DNA of 21,319 nt from Toensbergia leucococca (taxonomy: Eukaryota). Under the pieces are notes generated by a model. That model was not told where the DNA came from and ran no database searches. It saw only the letters and a list, made by a program, of their open reading frames with translations. Every line of letters starts with the position of its first letter. The first letter of the stretch is position 1. A program made the position numbers and the translations under genes. This document shows positions 1-9,646 of the stretch, piece by piece. The stretch covers positions 186,001 through 207,319 of the forward strand of contig JALDZS010000019.1 of assembly GCA_022813965.1 (NCBI GenBank). The letters are read 5' to 3'.

Positions 1-233
1 CTTGGATGAGCAGGCGGGTGAGCGTGAGTGTTATCTGGCTGATTTGGGCCGGGCTCCATGTCAGCAGCAAGGTCTGCCACAATTGGCTGATGAACCCTAT
101 GAGCATCAACGTCTTCTCCAGCAGCGTACTCAGCAAAGGTTCTCTTGGGCGATGTTTGGGTTGTTGGTTGTGGGTAGATGCGAGGAGGAGTGTCTACTCT
201 CCAGTCCATCTGATCGGACATCTGGTCGGTCAT
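1..233 (-). CDS. 5' part of a hypothetical protein, running off the left edge
   Basis: ATG at 233 in ATC-ATG context after a pyrimidine-rich leader. Frame is open to base 1: MTDQMSDQMDWRVDTPPRIYPQPTTQTSPKRTFAEYAAGEDVDAH... It is absent from the ORF track because there is no stop in the window. No recognisable domain. Confidence 0.55.
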   Translation of the reverse strand, partial: MTDQMSDQMDWRVDTPPRIYPQPTTQTSPKRTFAEYAAGEDVDAHRVHQPIVADLAADMEPGPNQPDNTHAHPPAHP

Positions 234-934
234 GATGACTGGAAGGAAGATGATGGAAGGAAAGTACGAACAAGGGATGAGAGCTTCCTACAAAGCAGCT
301 GTAGAAGATTTAGCTATGGGCAGTCGAAGAAGTGTGCTTGATGCAAGAATACTTCTGCGAGTGTGGATGAAGGTTTGTTGTTGTTGTGAATTTGAGAAGG
401 AAGTAGGTGTGCCCGTAAGGCGAGAGCTAGTCGGAATGGCATAGGCTCCTGCCCCACCAAAATCTTGATAATCTCTTTGTCGCAAGAAAAGTGTAGATAG
501 CTTCAACCGGAATTCGCTAATCGGCCCATCCCGTTTTCATGCAGGGATCGACAGCTATGTCTCATCCATCGAGTAACGTGACTGCACCAAACTCCACCTC
601 TACTCGTACGAGTTTTCTTTGTTTCATATCAACCATGTAGCATATTCTAAAGATGATGTAAGATACTGTCTACAGTGAGGTATTCTGCATATATTAAAAC
701 ATAAGCATGAATAGATCAGCATCTTAGTCTAGCAAATGTGATGGTCAAGAAGTGCTTGTTCAGGACAAAAAAAATAAACTTCAACCGCGACTACGAGTAT
801 GAATACTTGTACACAAAGTGAGGCTCTGCACCCCTTCGCCACCGAAAGAAGCCGTTACTCCATCAATTTCCCCAAGCTCAAGCAACTTCGAATTCAGCGC
901 TGCATTTCTAGTTGACCTGCCCGTTCTCCCCCTT

Positions 935-981
935 TACTCACTCAAGAAAGCGTTGGATTCTTGATTGAGTACGAGTGAGTA
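935..981. repeat. Imperfect inverted repeat / hairpin
   Basis: TACTCACTCAAGAA (935-948) pairs 13/14 with TTCTTGATTGAGTA (958-971). TACTCACTC also pairs perfectly with GAGTGAGTA (973-981). Confidence 0.7.
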
Positions 982-1107
982 TCCGTCATAGCACGAATGA
1001 TCTTTTACAGCTCTCGCGTGGCGTATTCGACCCTCTCATTGCTCCCATCTCTGGTATCTTATTCCATAGCATTTTATTTCCGAGCAATTCGCTCAGATTA
1101 AGTCTAC

Positions 1108-1821
1108 TTACTTAATCGCCTCGTCAAGATTTTTTCTTCCCATACCACGAATTTGTTCCTCATCCTCTTGCATAGCACACCAGACCCATGTCTCTTCCTG
1201 ACCAGAACGTTCAAGTAGCGTAAAACTACGGTAGAGATCGTCCATTTTTTGATCGACCAAACTCGCCGATATCTTCAGCTTGATTATTAGACCATTCCCG
1301 ATTTTACTCGCAGAGTCGATGCATATTTTCGCCAGGACGCGCATTGCGAGAAGAGCCTGTGCGACTTGATCGACCCACCATGCATTTGAAAGCTCAATCT
1401 CAATGCTCAATAGTGTCTGACATTTGAAAAGCTCTTGCAGTTGACTTTCCAGAGCGTAAAGCCCGTTCACATCCGTCCTTATAGACAAATCCTTGACTGC
1501 AGCCTTAGGCTTGTATTTCTCCCCCGACATTAGGGATATCTCCCACGACAGAAAGCGTTGAAGTGAGGGGGCTTCAATATGAAAGGAGTTACGATGGAAA
1601 AGAAGTTCATAAGCTTCTAATTCGATCTGAGGGTTTGACCATCCGGCGAACCTGTGATAGTACATGTGCTCACCACTAGATTGAGTCAGATCGATGGTGT
1701 CGTGGTTTTCGTCGATATAAATCTTGGAGGGTACGATGAAAGCTTCCCCATAGATCCTGTCCCGGAGTTCGCGTGGAAGAGCAATGAGAAGATGCAGCAG
1801 ATCGAGAGATTGACGGCCCAT
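1108..1821 (-). CDS. Hypothetical protein with F-box-like N-terminal motif (237 aa, single exon)
   Basis: ORF with LLIALPRELRDRIY, the LPxE(L/I)RxxIY motif of fungal F-box-like proteins, followed by an EAYELLFHRNSFHI segment typical of these families. Confidence 0.7.
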   Translation of the reverse strand: MGRQSLDLLHLLIALPRELRDRIYGEAFIVPSKIYIDENHDTIDLTQSSGEHMYYHRFAGWSNPQIELEAYELLFHRNSFHIEAPSLQRFLSWEISLMSGEKYKPKAAVKDLSIRTDVNGLYALESQLQELFKCQTLLSIEIELSNAWWVDQVAQALLAMRVLAKICIDSASKIGNGLIIKLKISASLVDQKMDDLYRSFTLLERSGQEETWVWCAMQEDEEQIRGMGRKNLDEAIK

Positions 1822-2615
1822 TTTCGATGTTCCGTTGGATCTGAAATGGGCTCACTGTCTGTCCGTAGCGCATCAAATGATTGAAAAATCTAGGTTCTGA
1901 AAGACGATTTTGAATTAGATTGCTATCAGTCCTGGTCTGCTACGGTCAAGTCTCATATCAACCCGGTGAGAATTCCTCGATTTGCTCGCAGTGGGATCAT
2001 GGGATTCAGATATCCTCCACAAGCCAGCGGCACTTTTTCGTTGGGCTGATCGGGTAAGAGACTTGGAGAGAAAATATTAGTTGAGACAGACTTAACCAGT
2101 AAGGGACATTAGAATGTTGACCGTTACCGCGTACGAGTAGGTTGTGAGGGACTTGGTGGTGTCGATATGGTGCTGCAAATCCTAGTGGTGTTCTGAGGCT
2201 CTATCAAGGTCATGTCTCCATTTATGATCATTGCCCTCCTCGCCAAGAGCAAGTCAGTGATAGAGTGCAATGAGAAGGGGAGAGAGAAGTGATCATTATG
2301 GGGCCGCTACCTAATTAAATTTCATCCGGTGGAGTATTTCCGAGCCTCCGGTGTCACCGTACTGACAGTCATTCCTTTGCAATTTCCAAGTCACTCAGTA
2401 GACTATCACTGCATAAAGCTGCCTACATTCATGTTCCACGGCAATCCAGTATTGCGGTTGAGGAGTAATCAGTATGAAGAATGGGCAACCGTTTCTGTGG
2501 ATTCACAGATGTAGAAGTCTGTCCACATACAATTTACGACATCAATTCTATAGCACTTTCGTCGCCCTAAACTGGAAATGGATTGTTTAATACATGCTAC
2601 CGCCCGCAAGCTTAA

Positions 2616-4698
2616 TTAAAGTCGAGCTCGAGTCTCCCCCTTCCCAATATCCTTGGAAGTAAATGCCCCAAAGTACCCGTTCAATGCATCTACAGTCCCA
2701 TTCCCTTCCACCAGACAGATAACACACCCTACGTGACCATCCGGTCTTACAACAACCACTCCTCCTCTTTCCTGGTCCAGTCCCATCTTAGCATGCGCCG
2801 CTGCCTTCGCTTCAGGAACCCTCTGATCCCAGACATCGTCGGCATAGATGTGATCGCTGTACCTAGCAAGCAATTCAGGAACAACATCCGAAATCTCAAT
2901 CTCTGGCCGATGAGCAGCGAATATGGTACAGATAGTGAAGAAGTGGGAATGAGGGTTGTGACGTTCGTGGTACGACACATCCGCAATGTCGTCCCTCTTG
3001 TAAGTTGTAAAGAAGCTTTTCTTTTTTTGCAGGTTGGCAGCAAAGTCGGCCATGGCGCGTTTCGTTATCGAAGGGACGCCTGCGAAAACAAAGACTCTAA
3101 ATGACCCGTTGAGAGGGACTTCTTGTTCCAAGTGTACGACATTGGCATCGACTACCCTTGTGACATTTGCCGGGTGCATTATCCGGCCAGTGCGAAGAGT
3201 GGTGCCCTGAGGGTTGAAGAGCGAAGACTTAGCAGGATGGTTGGGAGACCAATTGAACATATTTGGATCATAGGTAATGCCATAGCCAGTGGTGAATTCG
3301 CAGCTCGATTTAAAGGTCTTAATGAATTCGTTTTCTTTCTGTTCCTCACTGCCATTTTGGGAAGCGGCGCTAACTTCACCAGCAGAGGGTTGACGCTGGG
3401 AGAAAAGAGAAGAGTATTTAGCATCAAAATCCAGGAGGTTCTCGGCAATCAACTTTCGTTCGGATTCATACGAGTGAAGGATGGATCGTTGTGAGAAGCC
3501 GGATTCAACATGATGAATCTTCCAGGCTAGATTTAGGGCGTCGTGGAAAGCAGTATTCATGCCTTGGCCTGCTTTAGGCTGTCCAAGCATTAGTGTGGAT
3601 ACATTGAATAAAATATATTTGAGGATTCGCATGCGCGAACTCACGCTATGAGTGTGACAGGAGTCCCCACCCATAAAAACCCGATTGTCGAGGGTGTACT
3701 TCTCAGCAATTCCTTGGCCAATTGGATAAACTGAGTACCATTCTACTCGGTCCCATTCAATATAGTAAGGCTGTAGGATTCTTTTTGCTGCTTCCTGAAC
3801 TTCGGCGATCGTCGCTTGCTTTCGAGGATTCCAATTTTTGTCAGTCGATGAGGCAATTTGAATGTATAACCGCACCATGTTGTTTTCTCTTGGAATGATC
3901 ATGATGGAGCCATTGTCTGAATGTATCGTACATTTCATCTAAATCTATAAGCATGTGATATTCGAGGGAGATATTTAACCAGGTACTTTAATATCTGGAA
4001 AATCTGTGCGCACAACCCCATCCATTACACCCCAAACGTGGGCAATTGGATCTTTATGATGTATTTTGATACCTAGTTGCTCTCGCACGAAGCTCCTCGC
4101 CCCTTCCCCGCTGAACAAGTATTTAGCTCGCATTCTTTCTTTTTCTTTAGTCTCGACATGTTCTACATCTACTTGGACAGGGTACATGGGGTCCTGCCCA
4201 TCATTCTTGAATCCCGTTAGAGTCCATGGCCTTTGCAAAGTGATTCCATTCTTCTTGAGATCCTCAATGAACACCTCCTCGATAAGCCCTTGATGTAGCA
4301 GCGTCGTAAAGGGATGTCTTGAATCGATGAAGTGCGGACAGCTCGCCCAAGTACCAGTCCTTTGTATACCTTTATTGGCAGACGAGGGATCCCAAAAAGC
4401 AACTTCATAGACCCTAGCAGGCTCATAGGCATTGATCTGGCGCTTGAGATTCATATTGCGCAGTAAATCAAGTGATCGTGGTTGGATACCATCGGCCCTT
4501 CCTGTGACTGTTCGAGTTGCTCTAGCACTCAAGGTCAACGGTCGTTGTCAAAAGAACGGTCGACATAAGAATAGCGACAGACCTATTGTCAATGTGCTTT
4601 ATCTTGTATCCCCATCTTGCCAGGCATACTGAGAGCAGGAGTCCAACGGGTCCAGCACCAATGATCACAATATCATAATTCTCGGTCGGCGCAGGCAT
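2616..4698 (-). CDS. FAD-dependent phenol 2-monooxygenase family protein (~635 aa, 4 exons)
   Basis: Exons 4698-4583, 4521-3987, 3938-3645, 3578-2616 (1908 nt, in frame), GT-AG introns of 61, 48 and 66 nt. Motifs: [12 protein letters not shown] (FAD Rossmann), [49 protein letters not shown], and C-terminal [10 protein letters not shown]. Alternative start at 4713. Confidence 0.93.
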
Positions 4699-5175
4699 AT
4701 TGCCTATCCTCATAGACGCTCAAGGGCAATGGAAAACGATATAGCTCCGACGAGGATCTTGCACCACCAAACGGTGGTTCAGAAGAAGAATTCGGAGATG
4801 AAGCAGAGTAGGACAGTTGCGAGAGGAGAAACATTTCGTTATCTGAACACGAGAGCATGATGTCTGTCTTACCAATGATGAGGTAAATAGAGGATAGCGG
4901 CATTGATGACTTTTGCGGGGTCACTGGGAGTACAGATCTGGTGGATAGAATAATTGGATGATAACGCCAAGCCTTCGGATGGAGTGATCGGTATTTACGG
5001 ATATTTACTCCACTGGTTAAATCTACTTCGTACTTAGTTACAATTTACAACTTCAAGCCCACCTTTTCGAGCATTCAATCAGCGCTCAAGACCATTTGAT
5101 CCTATCTCCTGGAGTACATGAACGTTGATCTGCAAACAATGCACGTCATCTATGAATCTAATTGTACTCTGCGGG

Positions 5176-5369
5176 CCGAGGGAAGTAAGTAGACCGGATA
5201 GTGTCCATAGACCAGGACTTGTCTCCATGCATGACGAATGGTGAATGGCTTCAATGCGTGCTCGACTAATCATTGTGTTGCTGTACCCCGTACACTCAAA
5301 CCATCTCTATCAAGCTGACCGAGGGACCATGCGTGATTCATTCCCCGCTCCCTTTCCCGAGGTCCGAGC
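5176..5369 (+). promoter_or_regulatory. Cluster of CCGAGG (FarA/Ctf1-type Zn2Cys6) motifs
   Basis: CCGAGG at 5176-5181, 5319-5324 and 5357-5362, plus CCGAGC at 5364-5369, in the shared divergent promoter. Confidence 0.45.
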
Positions 5370-5417
5370 CCTAACTACTACAAGCACCAAGAAAGTATCT
5401 AAAGCACCTACTCAAGG

Positions 5418-5424
5418 TATATAA
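5418..5424 (+). promoter_or_regulatory. TATA box of P450 gene
   Basis: TATATAA about 100 nt upstream of the ATG at 5520. Confidence 0.55.
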
Positions 5425-5519
5425 CGAGCTCTACCGTGCGCTGTATCATGCTTTGCAGTCTACTTGTTCTTCTCCCTTGAACTCGGTTGTGCATAAGGAA
5501 ACCCTCTCCCTTTGAGGCA

Positions 5520-7347
5520 ATGTCTTCCTATCACTCCTGGTTCTTTCAGGACTCGTTGTCAAATTTCCTAGAAGCCCTAATCCTGATTTCCCTGTGCGTG
5601 GCTTGTCTTGCTTATTGCTACGTCTTCGCTGGTCCGCTAGGGAAAGTCCAAGGGCCGTTTAGTGCTCGGCTTTCAAGATTATGGATGATTCAGCATACGA
5701 GGCAAGGAAACCTGCACCGGACTATGATTGATCTTCACCAGAGATATGGCAAGCTCGTTCGAACAGGACCCAATGAAGTCAGCGTATCTGATCTTGCCGC
5801 CATAAAAAAGATATATGGTTTCGTGGGCCGAGACACTTTTGCGTTGATAGACTAACAATCGATCAGGGCCGGGAACCAAGTTCAGAAAAAGCAGCTGGTA
5901 TGGTGTCTTTCAAGGCCATCGTAAATTCGATCTCTTCGCCGAACAGGACGAGCGAATCCATTCATCTCAGCGCAGGCTAGTCAGTAGCATCTATTCAGAG
6001 AACTCTTTGAAAGACCTTGAGAAATATGTTGACGACGCCGTCATGCATTTTATGGCAAAGATGAGTGGGATGCAGGGCCAAGGTGTTGACATGGGACTTT
6101 GGGTGCAATTGTTTGCCTTTGACGTAATTGGCGAGCTGACGTTCTCTAAACGCTTTGGTTTCATGGACGCCGGAAAGGACGATGGTTCATTCGCACAGAT
6201 TGATACCGCCATGGCCTCTGGGGCTTGGCTGGGTCAGATCCCCGCGCTTTACTGGGCACATGACTACCTAATGCCTCTTCTGGGCAATCACTTGGGAGTA
6301 AATGCTCGCCATGGAAACATGCGAAATTATGTATCAAGGGAGCTCGAGGATCGTAAGAATCGGGGTAGTGATCACCAAGATATACTGGGCAAGCTTTTTC
6401 AGGTACAGAAGGAAAAACCAAAACGAGATGAACGACATGGGCGTGCTCTCGATGGCAACAAGCAACATCTTTGCTGGTAGTGACACGACTGCGATATCAA
6501 CGAGAAGTACAATTTATCATTTGCTGAAGAACCCAGAATGCAAGCGGAAGCTAGTGGAAGAGATCGACAACCTTTACAAAGAGGGGAGACTTGGAATACC
6601 AGTAACAATGGAGCAGTCGAAGCAAATGCCGTACTTACAGGCATGTATGTATGAGGGTCTGCGATGTCATCCAGCTGTGGGGATGTTAGGAAGAGTTTCC
6701 TGTCTGTTCCAGCTAAGGCTGTTGACTAATGGCACCCAGGAGTCTTCCACGGGTCATCCCTCCTGAAGGCATTGAGATCGATGGTCGATACATCCCCAAG
6801 GGTGTATGTGTTGAGCCTCCTAATTCAACTTAGACTAATTCGTTGCAGACTATAATTGGAGCTAATCCTTGGGTTGTTCATCGAAATACCGAGGTCTTTG
6901 GCCAAGATTGCGAGAAGTTCAGACCGGAAAGATGGCTCACGGATAATAATGGGAACATGGGTATTGAGCCAGTGTTTTAGAATTTTTTCCCTGAAGAGTT
7001 GCTGACGAAGCCTCTATCTAGAGAGGTTCTTTTTCGCATTTGGTTCGGGGTCTCGAATGTGCTTAGGACGGAGTATGTCCATCCTTGTTTTTCTATCACA
7101 GCAACATCTAATCAATGGACAGACATCAGTTGGATGGAAATCTCCAAGGTAAATTCCGCAAATGCAGTAAATGTCTTTCTTGCATGAAGTTAGATGAGAC
7201 TGATAGACGGAGTAGCTGATTCCGACCCTTTTTCTCCTGTTTGATATGGAGCTCACTGACCGCGAGGCTGAGTGGACAGAGAAATGCCTGTTCTTTGTTA
7301 AGCAGGACGGACTCGTTGTAACCTTGGGCGCGAGAGAAGTGAAGTGA
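5520..7347 (+). pseudogene. Cytochrome P450 (pisatin demethylase-like), 7 exons, one +1 frameshift near 6413-6423 (pseudogene or sequence error); 499 aa if corrected
   Basis: Exons 5520-5817, 5867-6684, 6740-6803, 6849-6960, 7022-7072, 7123-7148, 7216-7347 sum to 1501 nt (3n+1). Motifs: N-terminal TM anchor, VRTGPNEVS, I-helix AGSDTT, EGLR, FRPERW, heme-binding FGSGSRMCLG. All introns are GT-AG with branch points. Confidence 0.88.
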
Positions 7348-7358
7348 AGTGAAGTGAA
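7336..7358 (+). repeat. (GAAGT)4 microsatellite overlapping the P450 stop codon
   Basis: gaagtgaagtgaagtgaagtgaa; the stop TGA at 7345-7347 lies inside it. Confidence 0.85.
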
Positions 7359-7386
7359 TGAAATGGATCAGCTTGAATGACGAAGC

Positions 7387-7428
7387 GAGGTAAGAGGTAA
7401 GAGGTAAGAGGTGAGAGGTGAGAGGTGA
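7387..7428 (+). repeat. Heptamer tandem repeat (GAGGTAA)3(GAGGTGA)3
   Basis: Six consecutive 7-bp units read directly, downstream of the P450. Confidence 0.9.
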
Positions 7429-7583
7429 GATGGCCTTGTTGCTTCTACAAGCTCAAGCATCAAATCCGATGTTATACAAACAATAACTCTTTGCTCGTAT
7501 TGTCATGTTATTGTTGCTCACTCAAGCTCATTAACGACACCGGTGAGAACTGTCACAATAACCATCTCAAGCCGATTCATGCC

Positions 7584-9169
7584 ATGTCAATATCTCTGCC
7601 AACCTCACATCCTCCTCCAATCCTACCCACTAATGCAAAGCCACCTCTATCTGCTCTGTCCATTGGTTCAATTAGTGGCCGTTCAAACACTTCTCCGTTA
7701 TTGTCTAGTGCGAACACTTCCTTTGCGTCTGATAAACAAGCCTTCCGCAACATCACCCGCGCACTGATTTCTACTTCTACTTCTACACCTGAACCTTCAC
7801 CTAGTCTTGATGCTACCTTTGACCTTCTCGAGCCTCAAAAATTTAGTCCGCCCTCTGATGACACAGTGACCACTATGTCAGATCCGTAAGTCTATGTCTT
7901 TCCTCCTGTCACCAGTGATGTTGACACAAAACAGCATCAATCGCTACCAGAGCATAGCCAATTCCAACCCATTCTCAGACGAGTTGTATAACCAGCCCGA
8001 CAGAATGCATCCAAATCAAGGTCGAGAGTACGACTATCCTCATGAAATCTCAGAGAGTCAGAGAGGTACAAACACCAGAGTCTACCACAATCGAGGTATG
8101 CCACAGTCACGTTCAGAGTCTCATATCAAATACCGCGGTGATCCTGTACACACGCACGCCCCCCGACCCGGCAACACCACCTTCGACCGCCATGACAATC
8201 GCAGCAATGCAATGCCCTCCCCAATCCTATCTTCTTCCCGCGGCCGCGCTGCAGACCGTACCCCCTCACCAGTCAAGTACATGGATGATATCAACGAAGA
8301 CCAAGTCCTCAGCACCACCCCCACAACGCCAGCCAAGCGCTCTCGCTCGCCAATCAAGCAAGTCCTCGAGAATAGCTGGCTGGGCCGCAGCACCAGCATG
8401 AAAGAGCTCCCCAGCGACACCAATCGCAAAAATGGTCTGAAGCACTGGGGCGGCAGAATCAAACAGCGAGTGGTCTATAGCCTTCAATCCTTCAAATACT
8501 GTCCTCCAGCTAACTCCCAGACAGAGCGAAGACGTCTCCAAATTAATCCATCACACAACCTCTCCAGTCAAAACACCCAAATCCCCAACAACCTCCACTT
8601 TCCCTGTTTCTCTTTCGCCTCCAGTCCAAGCAAAGCTCTACTCGGAAGTCGAACTTATGATCTGCGCGACGGCTAATCAATACCTGATGACGCAAAACCG
8701 CGAAAGCCGAATGACGGTCGAATCCCTCTTGAAAATCACGCAATGGTGGGCCTCGAAAAACCGACCCCAGGTCATCGAATTCCAATTCGACCAGCTCACC
8801 CAACGCGACCTCGTCCTCGCCAACCTCAAAACCTTCCGTTTCTACGGCCCCCACGCCGAAAACCCCGTCTCCATGAACGCCATGATGCTATCCTGGAAAT
8901 CCTTGGCCAAGGAAATGAGCGTGCGCACTTTTTGCACTCCCGATAGTGTGGTGCGGAAGCATATGCATGATTGCTACAAGATTTTGGAGATGTTGGGGGC
9001 GCCGCTGGTGACGTTTTTGGCATTTCAGGAGATCCAGGTCCGGGCTTTGGGGGTGATGAGGGAGGTGCAGCGGAAGAGGGATGAGTATGAGGCTATGAAG
9101 TTTGGGGTGGAGAGGAGGTGGGAGCCGCCTGCGGAGACGGCCCCGGGAGTGGAGAATCCGTTTCCCTGA
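7584..9169 (+). CDS. Fungal hypothetical protein (~494 aa, 3 exons): S/P-rich N-terminus, helical C-terminal domain
   Basis: Exons 7584-7885, 7935-8472 (or 8469), 8525-9169. Intron 1 is GTAAGT...CAG. Intron 2 has a GCTAAC branch and CAG acceptor but a weak donor. C-terminus FPVSLSPPVQAKLYSEVELMICATANQYL...WASKNRPQVIEFQFDQLTQRDL...SVRTFCTPDSVVRKHMHD looks like a conserved domain. Start could be 7875. Confidence 0.75.
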
Positions 9170-9604
9170 GTAGGGTGGCTTCTTTTTTTGGAGGCTTCCT
9201 TTTTTTGTTTTTTGTGGACTTGGTTACAGAATATGAGAGATTTGAGGTTCTGGATGGAGAGAATGCACGAGTATCGGTGTATTCGGTGGAGGAGAGGATG
9301 TCCCTTTTCGTGGGGGGGATTTTTACGGTTGGCTAGCTGGCTTCCTCACTCCAATCTGGATATTGCGTCGACTCTGTTTTTCCGAATGAGAAAGCTATCT
9401 ATCAGGCGGCCGTTTTAATCCTTACTTCACCCTCAATCCCACCTCTCGAATTTCTCTCCCCTCGAGCGCACATGGCGTTGATTGTTCAACACACATTTTC
9501 TGTTTATCAACCAGCCCGTGTTTTGGAAGATCTGTTTTTTGTCTCGTTTCAAAAACAGTTCCTAATGTTTGTTTTGAGCCGGGGAAAAATCTCCCAAAAA
9601 TATT

Positions 9605-9646
9605 AAAAAAAAAAAAAAAAAAGCACATCGTCTCTCTCTCTCTCTC
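9605..9646. repeat. A18 homopolymer and (TC)8 microsatellite
   Basis: A-run at 9605-9622; TC repeat at 9631-9646. Confidence 0.9.

Noticed and set aside
6403..6427. 25-nt micro-intron GTACAG...GAG that would restore the P450 frame
   Set aside because: Too short, no branch point, GAG acceptor, and it would delete the plausible VQKEKP segment.
7336..7428. Short tandem repeats as a CRISPR-like or functional array
   Set aside because: Simple 5- and 7-bp slippage repeats without spacers, in a eukaryotic context.
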